Part shown: positions 32,256 to 42,632 of the stretch, one piece after another
Numbering within the stretch: the stretch's first letter is position 1
Layout of the letters: each line of letters opens with the position of its first letter
Source: Pseudothermotoga sp.
Lineage (GTDB): Bacteria > Thermotogota > Thermotogae > Thermotogales > DSM-5069
Strand: one strand, 5' to 3'
NCBI GenBank assembly: GCA_031962025.1
Contig: JAVRKW010000001.1
Length of the DNA stretch: 64,000 bases
Translations under genes and position numbers: made by a program
The notes under the pieces: model-generated
What the model was told of the DNA's origin: nothing
The model's database searches: none
What the model saw: only the letters and a program-made list of their open reading frames with translations

Positions 32256-33236
32256 TTACTTGCCACCTCCAACTGGATTGAAACAGCGTACAAAATGTCC
32301 CTTGGAAATTTCAACCATATCCGGGATTTTCTGATTGCATTCATCTACACTCCTGGGACATCTGGGTAAGAAAGGACAAACCTTTGGTATGTCTATCATT
32401 CTTGGGGGTTGTCCTGGAATTGGTTCGAGCCTGTCGATTTTCTTGTCGATTCTTGGAATACTCCTGAGCAGCATGTGGGTATAGGGATGTGTGGGATGAT
32501 AGAAAATATCATCAGAACTCCCCATTTCCATCTGCTTTCCACCGTACATTACTATGATTCGATCAGCCATAGAAGCTATTACTCCAAGGTCATGGGTGAT
32601 GAATATCATGGCTGTTCCTAACTTCTGTTGAAGGTCTCTCATCAGGTCAAGTATCTGGGCTTGTATTGTAACATCGAGTGCGGTTGTTGGTTCATCGGCA
32701 ATCAGGATCGATGGGTTACAGCTTAAAGCGATGGCAATCACTACGCGCTGTCTCATACCGCCGCTGAATTCGAACGGATAAGACCTCATTCTTTTTTCTG
32801 GTTCTGGTATCTGAACCAGACCGAGCATTTCAACAGCCCTCTTGTATGCTTCCTGTTTTGACACTTTCTGGTGCTGAATGATTGTTTCCATCAATTGATC
32901 CCCTATTGTATACAGAGGATTCAGTGAGGTCATCGGATCCTGAAATACCATACTGATTTCTTTACCGCGAATCTTGTACATCTCTTTTTCATCGTACTTG
33001 AGTATATCCTGGCCCTTGTATATGATCTGGCCATTCACGATCTTGCCCGGATATTTGATCAGTCTCATGATCGATTTGACAGTTACGCTCTTGCCAGATC
33101 CGGTTTCACCAACTATTCCCAGTACTTCTTTTGGTGCAAGGTCAAAACTGACATCGTCAACGGCTGCAACAACCCCTTCATCCATGTAAAAATACGTCGA
33201 AAGGTTTTTCACCGACAGGATGTTTTCCAAGCTCAA
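32256..33236 (-). CDS. oppD: Opp/Dpp ABC ATPase (OppD-type)
   Basis: [26 protein letters not shown]. Confidence 0.9.
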   Translation of the reverse strand: MSLENILSVKNLSTYFYMDEGVVAAVDDVSFDLAPKEVLGIVGETGSGKSVTVKSIMRLIKYPGKIVNGQIIYKGQDILKYDEKEMYKIRGKEISMVFQDPMTSLNPLYTIGDQLMETIIQHQKVSKQEAYKRAVEMLGLVQIPEPEKRMRSYPFEFSGGMRQRVVIAIALSCNPSILIADEPTTALDVTIQAQILDLMRDLQQKLGTAMIFITHDLGVIASMADRIIVMYGGKQMEMGSSDDIFYHPTHPYTHMLLRSIPRIDKKIDRLEPIPGQPPRMIDIPKVCPFLPRCPRSVDECNQKIPDMVEISKGHFVRCFNPVGGGK

Positions 33237-33814
33237 CTACCTCCCGATTCCAAGAGCATATAAACTTGATCATCCTTTGAATCGTAAACCATTAGTTTTT
33301 TACCATCTACCTCTATTACCAATGGTACCACAAGATACCCATTTTCGAAAATTCCTTCATATCCTTTTAGAACATCCTTTATTATTTTATACACTATTTC
33401 GTCAAAACTGTCTGCCTGTGGTCTTGCGGTATATAAAATCTCTCTTTGATCATCTACCGGTACTCTGATCAACTGTTCAAACCGATGCAGATTAGATTGT
33501 AGATCGCCCACTGCTTTGATATGAGATGATACCACATCCACGATCTTTTTTTCAAGCTCTTCATCCCAGTAAAATCTGAAAATCTGTCCGTGATAAATCA
33601 ACTGATCGTCAAAGACGATTAATGATGATTTTTCAGAATCGCTCTGCTTGTAGTCAACTTTGAGTTTTTTCAACGCCAGCTCGAAAGCAGTTTTTGTCTG
33701 CTCATCACAGTTGAAATACACACTAATTTTTCCTGGTTTTGAATATCTGTACACCAGCAAAATCAGTACCAAAAAAGTAAGAATACCAATCCAGCCAAGT
33801 TTGTAAGTTTTCAT
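33233..33814 (-). CDS. Membrane-anchored hypothetical protein embedded in the opp cluster
   Basis: MKTYK plus one transmembrane helix; ATGA overlap with the upstream oppF. Confidence 0.72.
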   Translation of the reverse strand: MKTYKLGWIGILTFLVLILLVYRYSKPGKISVYFNCDEQTKTAFELALKKLKVDYKQSDSEKSSLIVFDDQLIYHGQIFRFYWDEELEKKIVDVVSSHIKAVGDLQSNLHRFEQLIRVPVDDQREILYTARPQADSFDEIVYKIIKDVLKGYEGIFENGYLVVPLVIEVDGKKLMVYDSKDDQVYMLLESGGS

Positions 33815-34974
33815 TTTACAAGGTGACAGGATACAAAATGATCTGGTTTTATTTCCCTCAACTGAGGCTCGATACGGCTGCATTCCTCAGTTGCCATGTA
33901 ACACCTTGTATGAAAACGACATCCTGATGGAGGATTTATCGGGCTTGGTACGTCTCCCTTGAGTATAATTCGTTCTTTTTTGATGTTTGGATTGGGTATG
34001 GGTATTGCGCTCATGAGAGCTCTTGTATATGGATGAAGTGGATTGTCGAATAGTTCTTTTTTTGGTGCTGATTCTACAATCTTTCCAAGGTACATCACTA
34101 TGACTCTGTCGCTGACATATTTGATCACGGACAGATCGTGAGATATGAACAGATAAGTCAATTTGTGCTCTTTCTGGAGATCTTTCATCAGATTTATCAC
34201 CTGCGATCGTATTGATACATCGAGTGCCGCAACGGCTTCATCGGCTATTATGAGTTTTGGTGATAGTGCTAACGCTCTTGCTATACCAATTCTCTGGCGC
34301 TGCCCACCGGAGAATTCATGTGGAAATCTGTATATATACTCACCGCTTATACCGACATCTTCTAAGACTGTTTTCACTTTTTCGATTACTTCTTTTTCAT
34401 TTCTCACCAGTTTGTGGGTAATGGGTCCTTCACCCACAATGGTTTTTATGCGAAGCCTCGGGTTGAGGGAACTATAAGGATCTTGAAAGACTATTTGAAG
34501 ATCCCTTCTGAACTTTTTTCTTTTTTCATCCATATTTGAAAGCATCATAGACAAAAATTTTGATGCCGAGCCTTTTGCGTCGTTGAAAAAGATTTCGGCA
34601 TAACGGCGATCCACACCGTCTAAGGAATTCAATACAGAGTCTATTGAGCCTTTCTCTGATAACAATTTATGGAATTTCTGGGTGTAGTTTTTCTTCAGAT
34701 AAGCTCTTGCTTTTGCTGTCGAAAGAAAGTAATATGTTGTATCCTCATCGCCAATGATGATCTTTCCTGAGGTAGGTTCATACAAACGCAGTAACGTCAT
34801 ACCAATCGTTGTTTTACCGCAACCGGACTCACCGACAAGACCAACTGTCTCACCTTCAAAGATATCAAATGAGACATCATCAACTGCCTTGACCCATGCC
34901 ACGATTCTTTTGAAAACTCCTGCCCTGATCGGAAAGTATTTGACAAGTCGTTCCACTCTGACAAGTGGTTTCAT
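33811..34974 (-). CDS. oppF: Opp/Dpp ABC ATPase (OppF-type) with ~70-aa insertion
   Basis: [16 protein letters not shown]; extra segment between Walker A and the Q-loop. Confidence 0.88.
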   Translation of the reverse strand: MKPLVRVERLVKYFPIRAGVFKRIVAWVKAVDDVSFDIFEGETVGLVGESGCGKTTIGMTLLRLYEPTSGKIIIGDEDTTYYFLSTAKARAYLKKNYTQKFHKLLSEKGSIDSVLNSLDGVDRRYAEIFFNDAKGSASKFLSMMLSNMDEKRKKFRRDLQIVFQDPYSSLNPRLRIKTIVGEGPITHKLVRNEKEVIEKVKTVLEDVGISGEYIYRFPHEFSGGQRQRIGIARALALSPKLIIADEAVAALDVSIRSQVINLMKDLQKEHKLTYLFISHDLSVIKYVSDRVIVMYLGKIVESAPKKELFDNPLHPYTRALMSAIPIPNPNIKKERIILKGDVPSPINPPSGCRFHTRCYMATEECSRIEPQLREIKPDHFVSCHLVK

Positions 34975-35978
34975 CGTCCATCACCAGCCTCTTTTTTCTT
35001 TGCCTGTTCTACTTTTTCCCAGAAAAAGCACCTCACAAAATGTCCTTTTACGACCTCTATCAACTCAGGTTCTTCAGTACTGCATTTTTCCTGTGCAAAT
35101 TCACATCTTGGGTGGAATTTGCAACCACTCGGGAATTTCAAAGGATTTGGTACTACACCGGGAATGTTGTATAAGCGGGTTTGTTCCACATCGAGCCTTG
35201 GTATGGCGTGCAAAAGCCCCCAAGTATACGGGTGCTTTGGATCATTGAATAATGTCTTGACATCGGTATATTCAACGGCTTTTCCAGCATACATTACAAC
35301 GACACGATCAGCGTTTTCGGCGATCACGCCCATATCGTGTGTGATCAGAATTATCGCCATTCCATACTCTTTCTGAAGTTGTTTCATGAGCTCCATTATT
35401 TGCGCTTGAATAGTCACATCAAGAGCTGTTGTGGGTTCATCTGCTATGAGAATCTTTGGCTTACAGGACAGTGCCATTGCTATCATAGCTCTCTGACGCA
35501 TACCTCCGGATAACTCGTGGGGATACTCGTCCACTCTTTTTTCTGGTTCGGGGATACCAACCTTTCTGAGCAGGTCTACTGCCATTTTTTTTGCGGTTGC
35601 TTCATCGACTTTTTGATGCAGAACAATGGCTTCGACGATTTGCTCTCCTATGGTGAAAACAGGATTGAGTGCAACCATCGGTTCTTGAAAGATCATAGCG
35701 ATGTCCTTACCTCGTATTTTTCTCATGTCTTCTTCCGGTATTTTAGTTAAATCGATGTTGTCAAAGACAACCGAACCTTCAACGATTTTTCCTTTTTCAT
35801 CTAGTATTCGGAGTATTGAAAGTGAAGTAACGCTTTTTCCACATCCTGATTCACCAACGATTCCGAGTGTCTCACCCTGGAAAACCTCAAAATCCACACC
35901 ATCTACAGCCTTTACAATTCCATCTTCTGTATAGAAATATGTCTTTAGATTCTTTACGGTGAGTATTGGCTGTTTCAC
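34971..35978 (-). CDS. oppD: Opp/Dpp ABC ATPase (OppD-type)
   Basis: [16 protein letters not shown]. Confidence 0.9.
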   Translation of the reverse strand: MKQPILTVKNLKTYFYTEDGIVKAVDGVDFEVFQGETLGIVGESGCGKSVTSLSILRILDEKGKIVEGSVVFDNIDLTKIPEEDMRKIRGKDIAMIFQEPMVALNPVFTIGEQIVEAIVLHQKVDEATAKKMAVDLLRKVGIPEPEKRVDEYPHELSGGMRQRAMIAMALSCKPKILIADEPTTALDVTIQAQIMELMKQLQKEYGMAIILITHDMGVIAENADRVVVMYAGKAVEYTDVKTLFNDPKHPYTWGLLHAIPRLDVEQTRLYNIPGVVPNPLKFPSGCKFHPRCEFAQEKCSTEEPELIEVVKGHFVRCFFWEKVEQAKKKEAGDGR

Positions 35979-35989
35979 ACTATCACTCC

Positions 35990-36868
35990 TTATCCTCTAA
36001 GCCTCGGATCAAAGACATCTCTCAACGCATCCCCCACCAGATTCCACGCAAGAACAAAAAGAACCATGGCAATTCCAGGATAAACAATCGCATACCAGTA
36101 TTTGAATGCTTCACCAGATGCACCGAGCAACCAGTTTCTGGCAAAATTGAGCAAGGATCCCCAGTCTGCATAGCCAACAGGAGCGCCAAGACCGAGAAAA
36201 CTCAGAGCAGCAGCCGTTATAACCAGTGACCCGATTCTCATCGTTGCCTGTATGATCACAGGAAAGATCGTGTTCGGTAAGACGTGTTTGAGTATCACCA
36301 GATAATCATTTACTCCCAGTGCTCTTGCAGCCAGTACATATTGTTCTTCTCTAACCTGCAGGATGTTGCCTCTTATGAGTCTTGCTGTTGCCATCCAGCC
36401 GAACATGATCAGAGAGATCATGACCTTATTCAGCCCCATACCCAAAAACGCGGTCACAACGATTGCCGCCAGTATGTATGGGATCGATAGAAATACATCG
36501 GTTATCCTCATCAAGATCTCATCCAGCCAGCCACCGAAATACCCGGCAATAGAACCTATTAACAACCCTATGAGTGTTGAAGTGAGAGTAACGATCAATC
36601 CAACTTTGAAAGCTGTTCTTGTACCCCATATAACTCCGTAAAAAATGTCTCTTCCATCTATAACTCCAAACGGATGCTCACTCGTTGGCGGTTGTGGCGT
36701 TTTGTCCCACGTGACTATTGGAATCATGTATGGATCGTAAGACTGTGGCGGACATATTAATGGAGCAATTATAGCAATGACGGTGAAAAATATCAGCAGC
36801 GAAAAACCAAGCACAGCAGAAGGATTTCTCATCAATCTTTTTATCATTCTTTTGGTTTCTGTTCTCAC
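35990..36868 (-). CDS. oppC: Opp/Dpp ABC permease (OppC-type)
   Basis: HPFG..GRD, YVLAARALG, LSFLGLG, GDALRDVFDPR. Confidence 0.9.
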   Translation of the reverse strand: MRTETKRMIKRLMRNPSAVLGFSLLIFFTVIAIIAPLICPPQSYDPYMIPIVTWDKTPQPPTSEHPFGVIDGRDIFYGVIWGTRTAFKVGLIVTLTSTLIGLLIGSIAGYFGGWLDEILMRITDVFLSIPYILAAIVVTAFLGMGLNKVMISLIMFGWMATARLIRGNILQVREEQYVLAARALGVNDYLVILKHVLPNTIFPVIIQATMRIGSLVITAAALSFLGLGAPVGYADWGSLLNFARNWLLGASGEAFKYWYAIVYPGIAMVLFVLAWNLVGDALRDVFDPRLRG

Positions 36869-36881
36869 GATTGTTACCTCC

Positions 36882-37919
36882 TCAGCTAAAACGAATTCTT
36901 GGGTCGACAGCAGCGTAAAGTATGTCTATTACAAGATTGCCTATGACCAGAATCAGCGAATAGAAAAGTGTAGAAGCCATGATTGAAGCGTAATCAAGCT
37001 GTGTGGCGGCAGTTGCAGTGAAGCTACCCATACCGGTTCGATTGAAAACCATCTCAACGATAACCGTACCCGCAAAGAGCTGTATCACCATTCCGCCGCC
37101 AACTGTGATAACAGGTATCATTGCATTCTTACGTGCATGCTTGTTGATCACGACATTTTCAGCCAGTCCTTTGGCTCTTGCCGTTCGAATATACTCTTTT
37201 GTCAGCACTTCGAGCATGCTGGAACGTGTAATTCTCAGCAAATACGCCCACCACAACCACGAAAGAGTTATAATGGGAGCAATCATGTGCTGAATGGCAT
37301 CTAAAAAGACATCAAATCTTCCATTGAGCAACGCATCCACCGTCACCAATGAAGTAAATCTTCTAAATTCAGGTGACTTCACAACCGTATCAGCCCAAAA
37401 GCTCAGATTTCCAGGTGGGAACCAGCCAAGTACGCTGTAGAAAATCATCAGCACAAGCAACCCGAAAACGAAATCTGGAAAGCTCCAGCCGATTACAGCA
37501 AAGATTCTAACAAAATGGTCTATGAATTTGTCGCGATTCACAGCCGCGATTATGCCCAGCCATACTCCGACGAATACCACCGGAATTATCGAATAAAGAG
37601 CCAATTCAACTGTCCAGGGTAATCTGTTTAAAATAGCGTCTTTGACCGGCTCTTTACCCACGACAGACCAGCCCAGATCGCCGCTCAGGGTATTTTTCAG
37701 CCATTTCACGTATCTGACAATCATTGGATCCTTTAGCCCGTATTTCTCTTTTATCTTTTCTAATTGGTTTGGAGTCAGTTTGTCCAAAAGTCCCGGGTTG
37801 ACATAAGCCGCCAGAAGTCTGTCTGATCCGAGACTTTGAATCATTCCAAAGACGATGAGTGATATCCCGAACAGGATCAGGGGTAGCAGCAAAAGTCTTC
37901 TTATGATGTACGCAACCAA
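36882..37919 (-). CDS. oppB: Opp/Dpp ABC permease (OppB-type)
   Basis: YIIRRL, GDLGWS, EYIRTARAKG, VDPRIR. Confidence 0.9.
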   Translation of the reverse strand: MVAYIIRRLLLLPLILFGISLIVFGMIQSLGSDRLLAAYVNPGLLDKLTPNQLEKIKEKYGLKDPMIVRYVKWLKNTLSGDLGWSVVGKEPVKDAILNRLPWTVELALYSIIPVVFVGVWLGIIAAVNRDKFIDHFVRIFAVIGWSFPDFVFGLLVLMIFYSVLGWFPPGNLSFWADTVVKSPEFRRFTSLVTVDALLNGRFDVFLDAIQHMIAPIITLSWLWWAYLLRITRSSMLEVLTKEYIRTARAKGLAENVVINKHARKNAMIPVITVGGGMVIQLFAGTVIVEMVFNRTGMGSFTATAATQLDYASIMASTLFYSLILVIGNLVIDILYAAVDPRIRFS

Positions 37920-37935
37920 AGATCACACCTCCCGA

Positions 37936-39906
37936 TCAAATCTTGAATCGATCTGACAGAGCTTTTAACTCCATTACCATATTCGTCAGTTCATCAACTC
38001 TTTCTGACAGGTCCTTTGTATTACTTGCCTGCTCAATGACAGATTGTGCTACTTCGCCGGTTATTCTTGATACTGCTTCAATGTTTTTGGTAATTCTGTC
38101 GACAGCCGTGCTTATTTCCTCTATTGCACCACTTTGTTCCTGACTGGTTGCAGCAAGATCATTTGCTGCCAGAGTGAATTCCTCTATATCTTTTACCATA
38201 TTTTCTATTTGCTGTGCACTTTCATTCAAAACACTCAGAGAGTCCTGTATTTGATTCACGACTTCCTGTCCTCCCTGAGCTACCAAGAGGCTTTGCGATT
38301 TGATCTGTTTCAAAATATCTGTTACTTCCCCAGTTGCGCTCCTGCTCTGTTCAGCGAGTTTTCTTATCTCGTCTGCAACAACCGCAAAACCTCTTCCTGC
38401 TTCTCCCGCTCTTGCTGCTTCTATGGCGGCATTCAGCGCAAGTAAATTTGTTTGCTCTGCAATATTGTATATTGCATCTGTTATTTCTCCAATGCGATTG
38501 GAAAGATCAACCAGTTTTTGTACAAATTGCATGGACATCTGACCGCGTTCTGCCGTTTGTTTCATGGATCTGGTGAGTTCTTTCATAGAATTTTCAGTCG
38601 AAAAGGCACTGTTTTTGAGTTTTTCAGATCCTTCGGCAAGTTTTGAAGCATTTTTTGCGGTGTTTTGAGCACCAGAGGCTATTTCTTCCATTCCCGAATT
38701 GACTTCCGAGATAGATGAAACAATTTCTTCTACATTTTTGTTGACCTTTTCGGCTGACTTTTGCGCCTGATCTGATACAAAGGTCGCCTGTTCTAAACTC
38801 TTACTCATGCGGTCAGAGAAGCCTTCAATCTGTTCGCCGAGTCTTTTGATTTTTGCCACACTATCTTTTAGACTTTCACTGACAAGTGAGAATGCTTTGG
38901 AAAGTTTACCTATCTCGTCTTTACTTTCAATCTTCTGGGATGCTGTCAGATCGCCGTGCGCAATTTGCTCAGCAACTGACGTTAAAATGCTTAATGGCTT
39001 TGTAATTCTTCCTGTGAAAATCATACCAACGACTATACTTATGAATATAACTATCGCCGAAGCCATCAACGATGTCCACAGAGTTTGAAAGAATACCTCC
39101 TGTATTTCTCTGTATGGCATTGTTAGGGCTAACATCCAGTTTGCCGACAAAATTGGTGAAATCGTGGCTATCTTCTTTTCTCCGTCAAAATTGTAGATTA
39201 CAACGCCGGGCTGTGCTTTCTTGATTTCGTCCTCAAGTGTTTTAAGAGAACTGCTGATCTGACTTAGTGTTTTTCCAACGTATTCTTGCTTTGGATGAGC
39301 CAGCACAACTGCATCAAGATCTGATAGGAAGGCATAACCAGTTTTGCCGTAATTGATGGTTTTGATCATCTGCCAGAATTTTTCCTGTGGTATCAGAGCG
39401 GCGAACAAACCCGCAGTGTTTCCACTGTAATCTTTGACTTTGCTTGCAAGAACAACACAGTTGGTTCCCTGCCAGTCGAAGTTATCCTGAACATAGAAAT
39501 CTTTATTTTGCAGAGTAATTGCCTGAAAGAAGTTGTATTTTGACACATCTATTTCCTGTTCGGTGTACGTAAATGCTTTTCCTTGCAGATTTGACAATAA
39601 ATAATCGACAAAACCGAGTTTTTCGAGTGTTTCTTTGTGCGATTTCAACGCCATAACAACCATCGTTTTTTCGAAAATCATCAAATAGCTTTCAAAGTTT
39701 GATGCAATCGTAGAAATCTCTGATGATCTTTGCATTAACCAGTGATCCAGCACCAGTGATTCCCTTTCGACTTTCTGCTGCATGGCACTAACTGCAAAGT
39801 CTGTTAAGCGTTTTTGCATTGAGATGATATTCAGCACAGTAACAACTCCAATTCCAGCGACCACAAAAACCACAACCAGTAAGATTATCTTGGCGCGCAC
39901 TGACAC
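37936..39906 (-). CDS. Methyl-accepting chemotaxis protein (Cache-like sensor, HAMP, signalling domain)
   Basis: Two transmembrane helices; [38 protein letters not shown]. Confidence 0.95.
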   Translation of the reverse strand: MSVRAKIILLVVVFVVAGIGVVTVLNIISMQKRLTDFAVSAMQQKVERESLVLDHWLMQRSSEISTIASNFESYLMIFEKTMVVMALKSHKETLEKLGFVDYLLSNLQGKAFTYTEQEIDVSKYNFFQAITLQNKDFYVQDNFDWQGTNCVVLASKVKDYSGNTAGLFAALIPQEKFWQMIKTINYGKTGYAFLSDLDAVVLAHPKQEYVGKTLSQISSSLKTLEDEIKKAQPGVVIYNFDGEKKIATISPILSANWMLALTMPYREIQEVFFQTLWTSLMASAIVIFISIVVGMIFTGRITKPLSILTSVAEQIAHGDLTASQKIESKDEIGKLSKAFSLVSESLKDSVAKIKRLGEQIEGFSDRMSKSLEQATFVSDQAQKSAEKVNKNVEEIVSSISEVNSGMEEIASGAQNTAKNASKLAEGSEKLKNSAFSTENSMKELTRSMKQTAERGQMSMQFVQKLVDLSNRIGEITDAIYNIAEQTNLLALNAAIEAARAGEAGRGFAVVADEIRKLAEQSRSATGEVTDILKQIKSQSLLVAQGGQEVVNQIQDSLSVLNESAQQIENMVKDIEEFTLAANDLAATSQEQSGAIEEISTAVDRITKNIEAVSRITGEVAQSVIEQASNTKDLSERVDELTNMVMELKALSDRFKI

Positions 39907-39921
39907 TTAACCACACCTCCC

Positions 39922-40533
39922 TCAGGCACGAGCAATACAATAAACGGTAATAGACCTGGCTCCGGCGTTCTTTAGAACCTTTGCACATTCTCTGATCGTG
40001 GAACCAGTTGTGAAAACATCATCAATCAACGCTATGTTCTTATAAATTCTGCAAATAGCACGAAAGGAACCCTTCACTGAATTTCGCCTCTGCTCTAAAG
40101 TCATACCCCTTTTGCTGGATTTGGAAAGAGATTCAAGTGTTTTTTTAGCCGGAATACCGGTCATCTTGGATACAGTTTTGGCTATCAGAGCCATTGTATC
40201 AAAACCCCGTTCTTCTAATGAAGACAGACTCGATGGAACCCAACTGATAATCTCTGCACAGGAAGGATATGTGCTCATGGTTTTCACCAGAAACTGAGCC
40301 AGTATTTTGTTCAAACGCCAGTGATGGGAATTTTTGTACAATAAGATCAAATCACGCAATTTTGAGTCGTATCTACCATAAAAATACGCTGTAAAAATCT
40401 CTCCATTCTCATGTAGAGCTATAGGACTGCTCGAAAGGTCATTTAGGCAATCTTCACAGAGCAGTTCACTGTGTTTTATCTGCTTGTTGCACAAAAGACA
40501 GTGATTTGGGAAAAGTAACTCGATCAACTCCAA
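39922..40533 (-). CDS. comF: ComF-family phosphoribosyltransferase-like protein
   Basis: Two CxxC pairs, RGF, IDDVFTTGST. Confidence 0.85.
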   Translation of the reverse strand: MELIELLFPNHCLLCNKQIKHSELLCEDCLNDLSSSPIALHENGEIFTAYFYGRYDSKLRDLILLYKNSHHWRLNKILAQFLVKTMSTYPSCAEIISWVPSSLSSLEERGFDTMALIAKTVSKMTGIPAKKTLESLSKSSKRGMTLEQRRNSVKGSFRAICRIYKNIALIDDVFTTGSTIRECAKVLKNAGARSITVYCIARA

Positions 40534-40591
40534 ACTTTTACAACCTCGGGTTTTTAGAATAAATCATTCAAAAACTTTCGGCTTGATTCTA

Positions 40592-41182
40592 TCACAAATC
40601 ATTTTCAATGGCAAAAAGTTCACACATCGCTCTGTACACAGCCCGGTCATATTCACTGCATAACAAAAAGGCTTTTGCGCACAATTTTCTTCTTTGCTGC
40701 AGAACCACATCGCCGCATTGATCTATTGATTTTAAGACAGGTTCATAATCGTTTTGGTCGCATATTGGTACTACGTCTCTGTAATTTTTTGCTGCAGCTC
40801 TGAGCAACGCAAGTCCACCTATATCGACTGATTCAAGCAGTGCTTTTTCATCAAAAGTCTGTACCAGGGGGCGAAGGTTAACAACAACCATGTCAATTGG
40901 CTGGACACCGAGTTCGTAAAGTTGTTGCAGATGTTCTTGACTGGAAAGCTTCGCAAGTACTGCCGCGAAGATCTTTGGATGAAGTGTCTTCACTCTTCCG
41001 TCGAGTAGTTCGTGATAGCCTGTCAGTTGCTCCACTTGTGTTACATTTATACCATTTTCTTTCAAAAAAACGAAGGTGCCATGCGTGGCGACTATCGACA
41101 CCCCTTTTTTTGAAAGTTCTCTCGCAAAATCCACCACACCGGTTTTGTCCCATACACTTATCAATGCTCTTTTTATGTTCAA
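40592..41182 (-). CDS. Stand-alone PurH N-terminal (MGS-like, IMP cyclohydrolase) domain
   Basis: RALISVWDK, GRVKTLHP, VVVNL, DIGG, RAAAKN; ends at ~196 aa with no transformylase domain; TTG start behind GGAG. Confidence 0.82.
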   Translation of the reverse strand: MNIKRALISVWDKTGVVDFARELSKKGVSIVATHGTFVFLKENGINVTQVEQLTGYHELLDGRVKTLHPKIFAAVLAKLSSQEHLQQLYELGVQPIDMVVVNLRPLVQTFDEKALLESVDIGGLALLRAAAKNYRDVVPICDQNDYEPVLKSIDQCGDVVLQQRRKLCAKAFLLCSEYDRAVYRAMCELFAIENDL

Positions 41183-41210
41183 CCAATCACTCTCCAGATA
41201 GAATTTTACC

Positions 41211-41234
41211 AAAAAAGGCGGCTTGAAAGCCGCC
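41211..41234 (-). terminator. Intrinsic terminator after uraA
   Basis: Minus strand GGCGGCT-ttca-AGCCGCC followed by TTTTTT. Confidence 0.85.
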
Positions 41235-41253
41235 GGTATTTTCTTTTTGATTT

Positions 41254-42465
41254 TCACTCATCTTTTTTGTCTACAATCAACAGATTTGCGATGATGCCAA
41301 CTATTGCAGCCAGACTCAATCCTTTTAATTCAACACGCCCGATCTTCACAGATGCTCCACCAATTCCAACTGTAAGTATCAAAGAAGCCACAAGAAGATT
41401 TTTTGCTTTTGAAAAATCGACCTTTGCGTTTACAAGTGTTCTTATACCAACTGAAGCGATCATCCCAAAGAGAATCAGACTTATACCACCGATGACACAA
41501 GCTGGCACTGTTCTGAGCAGGGCACCGAATTTTGAAATGAAAGCCACGATCAGCGCAATCACCGCGGCACCTCTGAGTACTCTTGGGTCATAAACACGCG
41601 TTAGGGCAAGGACACCTGTATTTTCACTGTATGTTGTATTTGCTGGTCCCCCGAATAACCCGGCTATGGAAGTCGCTAACCCATCGCCTATAAGAGTTCT
41701 GTGTAAACCGGGATATTCAAAGAAATTCTTACCTACAACAGCACCGTTGGTCGTGATATCACCTATATGTTCCATGAAAGTTGCTATTGAAACAGGAGCT
41801 ATCATTGCTATAGCCGTCCAATCAAACTTGGGCAAGATGAATTTTGGAACGCTGAACCAGCTGGCTTGATTCAAAATAGATGTATCAACCTGCCCGGTCA
41901 GAAGTGCAAAAATATAACCCACAACGACCCCCGACAGAACTGGCACCAGACTCCAGAAACCTTTCAAAAGGGTAGAGACCAGTATAACTGTTACGATAAC
42001 CACAATTGCGACTGTCCAGTTTGTACTTGCCATCTGAATCGCAACGGGGCTCAAGGTGAGACCTATCACAACGATCATTGGTCCTGTAACGACAGGTGGA
42101 AATAATTTTTTAACCCTTTCGATCCCGAGCAACCACACAGCCAGTGCAAACAACAAATATACAAGCCCTGCCGCAAAAATGCCTCCAGTAGCATACGAAA
42201 GATCGTTGAACTTTTCTTTTACCATAATTATAGGTGCTATGAAAGCAAAGCTCGATCCAAGAAAAACCGGGACAACTCCTGCGGTGAATAGATGAAAGAT
42301 CAGTGTTCCAAGACCAGCAGTAAAAAGTGCTACAAGTGGATCAAGACCGGTGAGTAGAGGAACTAACACCGTCGCGCCGAACATTGCCACAAAGTGTTGA
42401 AAAGAAAGAACAAAATACTTCCAGCCAGTTACACACTGCTGAACGAGCAATACCTGAGTTTGCAT
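41254..42465 (-). CDS. uraA: Uracil permease (NCS2 family)
   Basis: QHFVAMFG, GSSFAF, EHIGD, TTYSEN; ATG 42465 behind AAGGAGG. Confidence 0.92.
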   Translation of the reverse strand: MQTQVLLVQQCVTGWKYFVLSFQHFVAMFGATVLVPLLTGLDPLVALFTAGLGTLIFHLFTAGVVPVFLGSSFAFIAPIIMVKEKFNDLSYATGGIFAAGLVYLLFALAVWLLGIERVKKLFPPVVTGPMIVVIGLTLSPVAIQMASTNWTVAIVVIVTVILVSTLLKGFWSLVPVLSGVVVGYIFALLTGQVDTSILNQASWFSVPKFILPKFDWTAIAMIAPVSIATFMEHIGDITTNGAVVGKNFFEYPGLHRTLIGDGLATSIAGLFGGPANTTYSENTGVLALTRVYDPRVLRGAAVIALIVAFISKFGALLRTVPACVIGGISLILFGMIASVGIRTLVNAKVDFSKAKNLLVASLILTVGIGGASVKIGRVELKGLSLAAIVGIIANLLIVDKKDE

Positions 42466-42475
42466 TTTTAATCCT

Positions 42476-42506
42476 CCTTTCTGCCCTCTCAGGAGCAAAT
42501 TAAAGG
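42476..42506 (-). promoter_or_regulatory. PyrR-binding RNA stem-loop overlapping the uraA RBS
   Basis: Minus strand CCTTTAA-tttgc-TCCTGAGAGG-gcaga-AAGG matches the PyrR consensus (CUUUAA; UCCNGNGAGG). Confidence 0.82.
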
Positions 42507-42516
42507 ACCCTTGAAA

Positions 42517-42545
42517 AGTCTATCATCGTGGCTCTTAACTGTCAA
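42517..42545 (-). promoter_or_regulatory. Sigma-70-type promoter of uraA
   Basis: TTGACA-17 bp-TAGACT with TG extension. Confidence 0.75.
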
Positions 42546-42565
42546 CATTTTTCTGAAAAATGGCG

Positions 42566-42574
42566 TGTTATAAT
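42566..42574 (+). promoter_or_regulatory. Extended -10 promoter element of kdgK
   Basis: TGtTATAAT about 60 nt before the kdgK ATG. Confidence 0.55.
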
Positions 42575-42632
42575 AGAAAAAAATTTATCTATGGTGTAAT
42601 TAATTATCTATTAGGAAATCGGAGGTGATTGA

